A program made the translations under genes and the position numbers. Of a DNA stretch of 64,000 bases, positions 33,690 to 45,875 are shown in pieces; position 1 is the stretch's first letter; each line of letters starts with the position of its first letter. The DNA is from Phaeosaccion multiseriatum. Its lineage: Eukaryota > Protista > Ochrophyta, other classes. The DNA lies in contig OZ218952.1 in NCBI GenBank assembly GCA_965112735.1, positions 2,666,001-2,730,000 of the forward strand. The letters run 5' to 3'. Under the pieces are notes generated by a model, which saw nothing but the letters and a program-made list of their open reading frames with translations, was not told the DNA's origin and searched no databases.

Positions 33690-36600
33690 CCCTCAATATG
33701 CCGACGTCTCTTTCTCTTCTCTCTCTCCCTCAACTCTCTTATCTCTCGCTCTGTCTCTGTCTCTCCTCTCCGTCTCCATCCACACCCTCCACCCCCCCCC
33801 TCCCACCCGCACTAGAGACAACCGCACCCCCATGTCAGAGCTTCAATCCATGATCACTCGCGAGCTAGACAAGCTCGATACTGAGGGCTTCCTGCGCTAC
33901 TTGCCCACTCTCGCCAACGGGATTGCCGGCTTCTTCATTGTTGAGAGGACGCTCATGATGAAGGTGGGTAGTAAGTCAATGGGTGGGGGTGGGTGGGTGG
34001 GGTGGATGGGTGGTGGGTGGGTGTCAGGACTGTGGGTGATTGGGTGTCAGGACACAGGGTGGGGGGGGGTGTGAGATTGGGAGAGGGGGAGGAGCAGGAG
34101 GAGCCCTTTCAAAGCAAGCGAACCGCGCTTGCCCCCCTCTCCACATCCACTGCCATCTCCCTCCCCCTCATTGACACATCCTGACCCCCCGTCCGCTGCC
34201 ATCCATCCATCCATCCATCCGCTCATCCACTGCCATCCACTGCCATCCCATCCGTCCAATCCAGGTGGACCACAAGGAGGGCATGCTCTCTCCTGCCCAA
34301 TTAGACGAGGCGTGGGAGCACTGTGCAGTCTCACTCGAGGCCCAGATTGTTGCCAACGTCCCCGGTCTCAGCAGAGTCGGGCATTATGTGCAGATCAAGG
34401 AGACTCTCCTCACCCTGGGTGAGTGGAGGGGTGGGTGGAGTGGATTGTGGCAGGCATGTGGGTGGTGGAGTGGCTCAGTGGGTGGGTGAGTGAAATGAGC
34501 AGCCTTGGGTCTTGGGGTAGCAGTGGCACGCTGACAGCAGATGATGAAGCTGGAATCAACGGGGGCCTGAATCTTCCCCTCTCCCCCTCTCCCCTCCCCT
34601 CCCCTCCCCCCCCCTCCCCTCCCCTCCCCTATCAGGTATCATAATGGATGACCTGGAGATGGACACCACAGTCCTTATGGACCTTCTACGCCGCCTCGCC
34701 ATCCCCTTCCAAAAGCTCCAACTCGCGGCCTTTGAACGCACTTGTATAGGGGCGGCAGAAGACGAAGGGTATCAGCCGCTCGAAGTGCCCGACAGAGAGT
34801 TTTACGATGCTGTCATTCTGCCCTTGGGCCTGCATGAGGAGGGAGTTGTCGGGGTAGGGGGGGTAGGCGCCGAGGGGGTGGATGCTGTCGACCCATACTA
34901 TTTTAAGGTGGGTGGGGAGGGGAAGGGGAGGGGGAGAGGGAGGGGGAGAGGGAGGGGGAGATTGGCACCCCACTTTTGACTTTTGAAGGGCATGACCCTC
35001 TGCCCCTACCCCTGCTCTGCTCTACTCGGCTCCATGCCCTGCTGATCCCCTATGACTCATCCACTGCCATCCCTTACACCTCCCTCCCTCCGTCCGTCCC
35101 TCTCAGGCGATGCGCTTCCCCAAAGTGTATCCCTTCTCCCCCACTGTACCTGAGATGGGCTTTGCGCTGCTCAAGGTGTGTGTGTGTATGTGTGTGCGTA
35201 TGCATGCATGCGTGCGCGTGTGTGTGTGTGCGCGTGTGTAGGTTTTGTGTGGATGTGCGTGTGTATGTATGTGACACAAAGTGTTAACATTTCGACTTTC
35301 ACGCTCTGATGCCCCCCCCTCCGGCCCTCCTCTCTCTCTTTTGTTCATTGATTTCACTCGTGTGCTCACTGACTTACTCGTGTACTCACTGACGTACTCA
35401 GGTGGCATGCATGATGGTGGCTTTCGTGTCTCGCATGGAGATTCCCAACACGGCCGCCATCGGATTCAAGGTACACACATACACACACATACACACATAC
35501 ACACACATACACACACACGTAACTTACCCCATCCACGACCATCTCTCTCTCTCTCACGCCCCCCTTACTTACGGACTTACTTTAGGCCCTGGAGCAGGGC
35601 GCCTCTGTGCTGCAGCGGCTCGTGACGGAGCAAGTGGCGCAAGCAGAGAGAGACACTCACATACTCAAGAGCAGCCAGATCTCTGTCAACAGCGCGGTAA
35701 GATGGATTGAATCAAGTACCAAGGGTGTGTGTGTGTGCACATAGTGGTGGTACTGCACATAATCATTGTTTTGCCTTTCCTTGTGCCATACCCTCTCTTG
35801 GGACACATGCATACTCACACTCACTTTTGGCCCACTTGAACAACTCTGTCGTGCCCCCCCCCCCGTCCCACCTCTCCTTTGTCAACTTAACGTTTCGCTG
35901 ACGTATGTGTGGACCATCTCATCTCAACCCCCCCCCCCCCCTATCTACCCCCCCCCCCCTTGCCCTCTCCCTCTCCCTCTCCCCCTCCTTCTTCCCCCTC
36001 TTGTTCAGTACCTGGCCAGGCTGCCCATCTCACTGGCGAACTCTCTGTGGGAATGCCTGTCAGCCATGCAGCTCACTGACTTAGGGGGGGGCTTCTCCTC
36101 CCTCTCAGAGGCCTCCTTCCAGTCCCTCGACAAGTCGGGGAAGGTACGACTTACGCCATCCTCACCATTGGCTTACTTCATCCTCACCATTGACTTACTC
36201 TGCATCCTCACCGTTGACTCACTGCATCCTCACCGTTGACAACGCATTCTCACCATTGACTTTATTTATGCTCACTTGGACTAACTTCATCCCCACCATT
36301 GACACACGCATTCCCTTCATTAACTTCCTGTATCACCACCATTGAGATACGGCATCTCCCCGTTTACTCACGATTTGCTTCCTCCCTCCCTCCCTCCCTT
36401 CCTCCCTCCCTCCCTCCCTCCCTCCCTCCCTTCCTCCCTTCCTCCCTTTCTCCCTTTCCATCCACTCACCCCTCCCTCCTCCACGACCACCGTTACACCA
36501 CCTCCCACCTTCCTGCCTCCCTCTGTTCATCCATCCATCCATCCATCCATGCATCCATCCCTTTCTCTCTCCCTCCCTCCCTCCCACCTCCCCCCCCCTA

Positions 36601-39273
36601 GGCCCTGGAGCTGATCAGCGATCGTGCCAGAGACCTCATCTTCGAGCTCATCCGCCGCAAGGCAGACGAGTTGTTGCAGGGCCTGCCATTTGTGAGGTGA
36701 GGAGGCAGTTTCAGTTCCAGCTTGTCTGCCCTTGTAGCATAGGCACAGAAGCCTCGACATCGATCCCATATGTGGTCTTCGATATTGATGAGGTCACATA
36801 AACTGCAGACTGAAAAAATGTTGTTCAATACATCAAAAACTTAAGTCTCTCTCCCTTCCCCTCGCTCAACCAACCACCTAACCAACCAACCAACCAATAC
36901 ATCAGATGGGAGCCTGGCAGTGTGGCATCACACCCCCAAGCCTATGCCGACGACCTCGTCAACTACCTCAGAGTCACCTTCATGAACCTCGCCGGCATGC
37001 CCTCTGCTATGAGAGAGGCGGCCCACTTTACCTGTCTATCGCACGTCAGCAACTCGATACTCAACTTTGTGCTGAGCAAGGAGGTGGGTGTGCGATGTGG
37101 GGATGAGGTGGGAGGAAGAGAGAGGGAGGGAGAGGGAGAGGTAAAGAAAGAGAGAGAGAGAGAGGGAGCGAGCCACATGGAGGGGGAGAACCCAGAGGAG
37201 AATGGCGAGTGGCGAGTGGAAGAGAAGCGGCCGCTGGAAGCTGATTTCCCCGTCTCTATCTGCCTGTCTGCTTTGCCCCTCTCCGCCTCTGCCCTGCCTG
37301 CCTACCTGCCTCTGCCTGCCCTTCCACTCACCTGTCTGCGTCTCTGAATTTGTTCCTTCCTACAAATCCTACCCCGCCTCTCTCTCTGGCTCCTCGTCTC
37401 TCCATCCCCCTCCCTTTCGCTCTGAACACACACACACCTCTTTTTCTCGCCTCGCTCCTCCTCTCTCCCCTCCCCTCTCCCCCTTTTCAATCCCCAGGTG
37501 CCAACTGTGAACATGATGGGTATCCATAACCTCGCACAGGACGTTAGTGCCCTCATGGACTTCGCTGAAGAGAGCGGTATTGAGGGACTGAGGGAATGCT
37601 TCGGCAACCTGTGAGTAGAGATGGAGGCATATGGGAAAGAGGCAGAGAGACCCTCTCAAGTTTCAGTCGATGTCTCATTCACTTGACCTTCTTTTGCTTG
37701 TCGTGTCGCAACACCCTACGCACGTATACCCTCCGTCCGACACCTCTTCCATTCCCCTCCCCACTCTTCTTGCTCCTCTTCCTCCTCCTCTTCCTCCTCC
37801 TCCTCCTCTTCCTCCTCCTCCTCCTCCTCCTCCTCCTCCTCCTCCTCCCCTGCCCTCCCCTCCTCACAGCTGGCAATTGGTGACCATCGTGCTCGAAGCC
37901 GACACCAAGGCCATGACCGACCCGAGCCTGCGAGCGGATCGATACCCTCGATTGGACGTACATAACCTCGTGCTGTTGCTTGAGAAGGTGGGTATGGGGT
38001 CCATCGTCACTCACTCACTCACTCACTCACTCACTCACCCACCAATTCACTCACTTTAATCACTCACTCACTCACTCACTCACTCACCCACGTGCTTTCT
38101 CTTGTTGTCTCGAACTCACTCAGCCTCTCACACTCATTCACTTACGCACTCACCCACCCACCCACTCACTCACTCACTCACTCACACACTCACTCACTCA
38201 CTCACTCACTCACTCACTCTCTCACTCACTCACTCACTCACTCACTCGCTCACTTACTCACTCACTCACTCACCCACCAATTCACTCACTTTAATCACTC
38301 ACTCACTCACTCACTTTAATCACTCACTCACTCACTCACTTTAATCACTCACTCACCCACGTGCTTTCTCTTGTTGTCTCGAACTCACTCAGCCTCTCAC
38401 ACTCATTCACTTACGCACTCACTCACTCACCCACTCACTCACTCACTCACTCCCTCACTCAACTCACTCACTCACTCACTCACCCACTCACTCGTTCGCT
38501 CACTCACTCAGTTCACTCAGCCACCCAACCACCCACCGATCCTCACCCATTCGCTCACACAAGTTACTCACTCACTCACTCACTCACTCACTCACTCACT
38601 CACTCACTCTCTCACTCACTCACTCACTTACTCACTCACCCACTCACTGCCTTACTCATTCATTCACTCACTCTCTCACTCACCCACTCACCCACTCACG
38701 GCCTTACGCATTCACTCACTCACTCACTCACTCACCCACCCACTCACTGCCTTACGCATTCATTCACTCACTCACTCACCCACCCACTCACTGCCTTACG
38801 CATTCATTCACTCACTCACCCACTCACTCACCCACTCACTGCCTTACTCATTCATTCATTCACTCACTCGCTCACTCACTCACTCACTCACTCACTCACC
38901 ACCCCTTCTGTCCTGACACCCTCCACTCCATTAGTACCGTAACTTGGGGTGGGGGGCGAAGATAAAGAGCACCGGAGATGAGGTGGCGTCCCTCGACGTT
39001 AAGCAGGTGTGTGTGTATGTGTGTGATGAGTGTCGATACAGCGTGTCGACAGTGTCGGTACAGTGTCGGTATCGATGTGTCGGTATATCAGTGTTTATAT
39101 ATATTTATATATTATATATATACATGTATTACATATATATATCTGATGTGAAAGAAGTAGAAGGAAGAGTGGGGGAACTGGTTGCTTAGCCCGCTGAAAA
39201 CCGAAAACTACTCCTTTTGAACAACCAACAGGTGCAGGTGGTGCTAAAGACACTCAAGCTCGAGGAGCGATGA
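30607..39273 (+). CDS. SEC15: Exocyst complex component Sec15/EXOC6, about 20 exons
   Basis: EISRVCNRHYAEFIDSVEELMKMR; KYYSALNTMDEI; PVHRALHIF; IAGFFIVE; FPKVYPFSPTVP; YADDLVNYLRVTF; REAAHFTCLSHVSNSIL; MMGIHNLAQDV; LRECFGNL; RYPRLD..LLLEK. Start (30607) and last exon (39232-39273) are inferred from splice signals. Confidence 0.9.
33560..33690. repeat. (TCTG)n microsatellite, Sec15 intron
   Basis: Visible directly. Confidence 0.95.
36155..36345. repeat. Degenerate ~22-24 bp minisatellite (CATCCTCACCATTGAC core, ~7-8 units), Sec15 intron
   Basis: Repeated catcctcaccattgac/catcctcaccgttgac. Confidence 0.8.
38007..38900. repeat. ~0.9 kb compound (TCAC)n satellite with internal higher-order duplications, Sec15 intron
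   Basis: (CACT)n with a duplicated cccacgtgctttctcttgttgtctcgaac block (~38087, ~38356) and repeated ctgccttac(g/t)cattc units. Confidence 0.95.
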
Positions 39274-39728
39274 CAACGCTGGGCGGGTCGATAATCGATG
39301 TGATCGATACGTAGATGTTATCGATGTCCATCATCTCGATTTGCTAGTGAGGAGTAAGGGAGGATTGAGGACGAGGGGGCGTGGAGCGTGGAGTGAGTGA
39401 GAAGTGAGTGAGGAGGGAGGAGCCTCCTTCTCAGCCTTGCCCCCCTCCCCCCCTCCCCCCCTCCCCCCCTCCCTCCGTCCCTCCGTCCGTCCGTCCGTCC
39501 CTCCTGACATAGGGAGGTGGTGCGGGTGTGTCCGAAGGTTGTGTGGTGTCTGCCAACACTTATTGATAGTTATATTCACGATACTCGTACCATTGTGTAG
39601 ATTGTTTGTACAAACAAATAGGAGATTAAAAAAAGATGGAAGATACGTACGTACAGGTCTTGTTTATCGTCCTTCTTTCTCAATGGGACGCAAACCTTCC
39701 TCTTTAGGTAAAAAGGTGTCGGACTGTA

Positions 39729-39926
39729 CTACCTCACAACCCTCCTCACTCGCTTCTCTCGCCTCCGTGCGGCGGAGGCTGTATCACCAACTGCTACATG
39801 TGGCCTCACGCTCTGCTGCTGCAGCCGCTGCTGGTGCTGCTGAAGCTGCTGTAAAGAGAGACCGAAAGAGGGGCCGGCAGCGGCGGCGCTGGAGTGCATC
39901 TGCTCCTGCTGTAGCACCAACTGCTC

Positions 39927-39969
<43 letters not shown>

Positions 39970-42647
39970 TGCTGCAGAGTCATCGGAGGCGGCGCAGTCG
40001 AGTGGTGATAGTCGAAAGTCGAAGAGGGGTTGAACTGCTGCTGCTGCTGAACCACCACCGGCTGCGGCTGGGAATGCCTTCGCCCGTCCCCTCCTCCTCC
40101 TCCCCTCCGCACCACGCCTACACCTGCACCGCTGCCACTCCTCGACCTAACCACACCCCCTCCTCCGCCCCCTGCCGCCCCCGTCCTGCTGGTCACACTC
40201 CCACTGCCGCTCCTCGTCCTGCTGACACTCCTCGTTCGGCCAACAACGCCCCCGGTCCTCACTCCAGCCCTACTCTCCGTCCTCCCCACACCTCCGCTCC
40301 CACTCCCACTTGTCGACCTGCCGAGACTGACGCCACTTCCCGTTCTACTCAAGCCTACCCCACCACCCCCACCTCCACTCCCTGTCCCCGAAGTAATGGA
40401 GCGAATGTCTGCCGCTGGAGAGACCCGTCCAGGGGCCTCCACGCCGGCGAGGTAAGGGGAGATCTCCACGACATTGCGATACACCTCCTCTCGAATGTCG
40501 GCGCCATCTGTTGGGGAACCAACAGCTGCTGCTGCTGCTGCTGCTGCAGCCGCTGCTGCTGCCCCTGCTGCTGGCTGGTGGTGATGATGATGATGGTGAT
40601 GCTGCTGCTGCGGCGGCTGCGGATGTCCGAAGTACCCCTCTGGCGACGACTGAATAGTCGCTACTGCTGCTGCTACTGCTGAAGAATCACTAACTCCTCC
40701 TGCCAGCGGTTGGGTCCTGAAGGACGAGCCGGCAGAGGCCGAGCCCGCTCTGGAGCGGCGCCGTGTGGGGGACATTGTCATGGATGGGGTAGGTCCTGGT
40801 ACGGCGTTGAGAGTGGCTGCCATATGGCGTTGCTGCTGTATCACCAACTGCTGCTGTTGCTGTTGTAGTTGCTGTTGCTGGTGGGGGCCGTTCGCTATGG
40901 GAAGGGGAGGAGGTGGGAGGGCGACGAGAGAGAGGCCTTCGTTCTCGAGCGCCTCCACAAGAGATTCGTCGATCTGGAAACCGTGAGAAAGAGCGACACC
41001 GAGACAGAGATAGAGGAGGGGGGGGGGGGGAGAGGGATGGAGGGAGAGAGAGAGATGGAGGGAGAAACAAGCAGAGAGAGAGGGAAAGATCATGCCGCAG
41101 GCGAACAAAAGGCGGACGAGTGGGGGGGTTAGCCATTGATTCGCCTCCATTCTCTTCCCCCAGTGGGCATTCTTTTCCGATTCACTGCCCCACACGCCCT
41201 CACCTACCCACTCATCCACCCACCCGAGACACGCTTCCCACTCACTCACCCATAGAGTGCCATTCACCCACCCACGCACTCAACTATCCACCCACCCCCT
41301 GTCCTGACACGCCCATGTCCTAGACCCACCCCCCTCCCTCTGTCCTCACGCCCACCCATCCACCCACCCCCTGTCCTGACACGCCCATGTCCTAGACCCA
41401 CCCCCCTCCCTCTGTCCTCACGCCCACCCATCCACCCACCCCCTGTCCTGACACGCCCATGTCCTAGACCCACCCCCCTCCCTCTGTCCTCACGCCCACC
41501 CATCCACCCACCCCACCCCACCCCATCCCATCCCCTGTCCTGACACCTGACACGCACCTCTGCAAGCTCTGAAACGAGGGACTCCTCCTTCCCCTTGAGT
41601 TCATTGACTTGTAGCTTGAGCTTGCCCACTCTTACGTCCCTGTCCACCTGCATCTCCTGCAGAGCTGCGTCTTTGGCGGCGTCCAGCACATCCAGCTGAG
41701 AGGGGGAGGGGGAGGGTGTGTGCGTGTGTGTGCGTGCGTGTGTGTGTTTGTGAGAGAGGGAGAGAGGTTTTGGTGCATGGCAAGAGTGTTGGAAGAGAGG
41801 GGAGGAGAAAGAAGCAAGCAAGGAAGGAAGGAAAGAGGGGGCATTGACGAGAACTTGAGATGAGCTCATCCCATCGGAGACGTTTAAGAAGTCAGTAAGT
41901 CAGTGAAGTTCTCGAGGGCTGCCGGTGTCTCTCCCTCCCTCCCTCCTTCGCTCCCTCCCTCCCTCCGTCCGTCCCCTCCCTCCCACCCACCCCTTCCCTC
42001 CCTCCGTCCGTCCCCTCCCCTTCCCTTCCCTCCCTCCCTCCTAGTTGTTCCCACCCTCCTACCTTGTTGATGGCCAGCCACAAAGCTGCTAGCTCCCTAC
42101 TGCTGCTCTTCTTCACACTCGTCAGCTCTTCGCGAACTCTTTCGTTCTCGGCAGAGAGCCGCTCGCTGGATTCTGTTCACAAAGAGCACACAATATACAC
42201 GGAGAGAAAAGAGAGAAAGAGAGAAAGGAAGAAAGGGGGGGGGGGGAGAGAGGGAAAGCAGAGAGAGGAGAGAGAAAGAAAGCACCCAATGTATATATAT
42301 GTTAGCATCAACATCGAGGTAAGTAAGCCCCCCTGTACACTGAAGGTGACACTAGACGTTATGTAATCATGGTACCGTATGGCGTTACAAATCAAGTGTA
42401 CACACACGCACACACACACACACGGTGCCCACACATACAAACACACACACCCACACGCACACACACGCACGCGCACCTGTTGCTCTGCGAAGGGCCTCCT
42501 CTGCCTTCCGCTTGTCCCTCTCGAGAGCATCCACCTGGGCCTGATTGGACTCAGTCTTGCCGTGGATGCCTTGCAGCACCTCCTGTTGCGAGAGGAGAGG
42601 GGAGGGGGAGGGGAGGGGATGAAGGAGAGGAGGAGGGGGAGCGAGAT

Positions 42648-42687
<40 letters not shown>

Positions 42688-45600
42688 CAGAGTAGAGGGA
42701 GAGAGAGAGTGACGAGAGAGAGAGAGAGAGAGAGAGGACGACGGACCTTCAGAGTGCCCTCCATCTCTTCGTCGTGCTCCTCGTGGAGGCGCTGCACCTC
42801 CACCTGTGAGGAATGGAAGGTGAAGTGGCGCCGTTGGTGACACACACACACACACGCACAGCCACACAATACGTAGAAGGTGTACAGTAGGATGCACATG
42901 TTAGGAAACCTCAGGACACCTCAGGACACCTCAGGACACCTCAGGGCCGCTTCCTTACCTTGTGCTGCTCCTCCAGTCTCCTCCTGGCCTGCCTCTCCTC
43001 CTCCACCTCTTCCCTAAGCCGTTGCATCTCCTGTTGTTGCTGCTGCATCTGCTGTCCCACATGCCCGTCCCTCTGCTCCCTCTCCTTGCTGTGCTGCTCG
43101 GCTGCAGTGCGCATCTTCTCTGCGATGGCTGCTCGCTGCTGCTCCTCCTCCAGCTTTGACTGGTGGGATGAGGGTGGGGGGATTTGGGGGGGCGTATGAA
43201 TGGAGGGAGGTGAGGGCGGGAGGGAGGGAGGGAGGGCGGGAGGGAGGGATGATGTAACAGATGGCAGGCGAGGAGAGAGAGGTGGTGGGCATTGGAACAT
43301 TGGCAATGAGGTAACGACGCGAGCGACGGAGGACGAAGGGCAGACGACCATCCACTGCCATCCCCTTTTCATTCCACGGCCATCCCTCCAATGACATAAC
43401 CCCCCTCCCCCTCCCCAGCCATCCCCCATCCCTCCACTGCCATCCCCATCCACTGCCATCCCCTCCACGGCCATCCCTCCACTGACATAACCTCCTTCCC
43501 CCTCCCCTGCCATCCCCCCGCTCACCTTGAGGCTGTCATAGTCTCCCATGGCCTCGCGGAAGCTCTCCAGCTCCGCTCTCGTCGCGTTATGCGCCTGGCA
43601 GACACAGCAGTTGGTGATATAGACAGCGCCAGAGATAGAGATGTACAGCAAACAGGTAAGACATAGATTCTATACAATGCAAATTCATGGATTTGTATGC
43701 GATCGAACACAATACTGATCCCTGTGGATGAATCTGACTAGTGATGCGAGCAAGGCTTGTTACTTGCTCACTTCACTCACTCACTCCCTCATTCACTCAC
43801 CGCATCCCTCTGCCTGAGCTGTGCTCTGGCCTGCTGGAGCTGCTGCTCCACCTCCGCCCCTCGAGCAATCTTTCCTTTGGCCTCCAGCAGCAGCTCCTCA
43901 AGCCCCTGTCATTCACACATCACAAGCACATCAAAACAAAAGGGGGGGGCGCGTCTCTTGTTTTAGCCACCCCCATCCACTGCCATCCACTGCCATCCAC
44001 TGCTCTCCACTGCCATCCCCTTCCTCCCCTCTCTCCCTCCCTCCTTCCCTCACCGTGATGACTTTTGTGTCCACCCCATACACACCCATCCTCTACCATC
44101 CCCTCTCTCCCTCCCTCCGTCGCCGTGATGACTTTTGTGTCCCACCCCATCCACACCCATCCTCTACCATCCCCTTCCTCCCCTCTCTCCCTCTCTCCCT
44201 CCCTCCCTCACCGTGATGACTTGCGTGTCCCTGTCGGCGCTTTCATCGCTGGCCAGAAGGGCCCTCAGAGCGTCTCTCGCCTTGCCGGCGGAGGCCTCTT
44301 GCGCTCGAAGATGCCTCACCAGTTGCATCTGATCCTCGAGCTTGGCGAGCTAAGGAGGGGAGATGGCAGAGGAGGGGGAGGAGGGTAGGGAGGGAGGGAG
44401 GGAGGAGTGAAACACACGAGTGATGGCTTGCAGGGCTCGATTGCAGGGCTAGTTTGCAGCCCCAGTTTGGGCTCTGCGCCATCCACCACAGCACAACCGC
44501 ATGCAGATTCTCTCTTTTCCTTGTTACAAACATTATGCACTGCCTCCCTTCCCTTCCTCCCCATACCCCGTCCCCCGTCCCTTTTGCCCTCCCTCACCCC
44601 GAGCTCCCCCCACTCCCTCCGTCTCCCCCCTCCCTCCCTTCCTCCCTCCCTCACCTGCTGCCTGTTCTGCTCTTTCAGCCCCTGTTGAATCTTATTATTC
44701 CCCTCCAACAGCGTCGCTTGTGCCCTTAACTCGGCCTCCTTGACCTTCAACTTGCCCTGCCACTCCTCCCTCAGGCCCACCCTAAGCTCGTCCATCTCGT
44801 GCTTGGCCTCAGAGAGGGCAAGGCGGTTGTGCTCGTTGGCGTCCTTCTCACGTCGGAGCTCTTCCAGAATCTGCAGGGATGAGTATGAAGATAAGCATGG
44901 CAGAGGATGGCAGTGGATGGGATGGGGGATGGCAGTGGACGGGATGAGATGAGAGATATACGATGGGATGGCAGTGGAAGGGGTGGCCACTTACCAAGTT
45001 CTGGTCCTGCAAGTTGCGGGTGGCGAGGGCCTCCTTCTCCACGGCTTCGGCCCTCTCCTCTTGTACAAGGACCAGATCCTGGCACACGCCGTCCAGTTCC
45101 TGATGCAGCAGTTGGTGGTACAGCAGCAGCAGCAGCAGCAGGTACCATGATTTGGTATCGAAATTAAAGGGAGGTTGGGGAGGGAGTCGAAGACAGAAAG
45201 TAGAAAAACCCACACAGGCCCCCAACGCACATACGCACGCACACACGCACCCACTTACGCTACACTCACTTACCCTCTGCAAGTCTCCAAGCTTTCCCTC
45301 ATACTCATCCTGCTGCCGAAGTAGAGCGTCTCTACGTCCGTCCAGCGCCGCCATCTGTGAAGACCGCAGCTCCTCTTGCAGGGCCTCCACCTCCGCCTGC
45401 AGCTGCTGCCTCTCCCTTTGGAGGCTGGATATGACGTCTTGCATGGACATTTGCTGCCGCTGCGACTCCCCAAGCTCGCGCCGGAGCTCCTCAATCTCCT
45501 TGCGTAACAGAGCGATGGTCTCATCCCGTTCATCCACTTCTCGTTGCCTGCGCATCTCGAGCCTGTCGATTTCTTCCTGCCTGCGCATCTCGAGCCTGTC

Positions 45601-45722
45601 GATTTCTTCCTGCCTGCGCCGCTGCTGCTGTGGCGTATCGATCGCGCCCACTTGTTGCTGCCGCCTGTCCCGCGCTGCGTGTACTGCTGCTATATCACCA
45701 AGTGCTGCTGTATCACGAACGG

Positions 45723-45755
<33 letters not shown>

Positions 45756-45814
45756 CCCCTCCCCGCTGCTGCTGCTGCTGCTGCTGCCTTCTTTGGGCCT
45801 CTTCTTCCTCCTCC

Positions 45815-45875
<61 letters not shown>

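Noticed and set aside
37980-38942. THSL-repeat ORFs
   Set aside because: Translations of the intronic (TCAC)n satellite.
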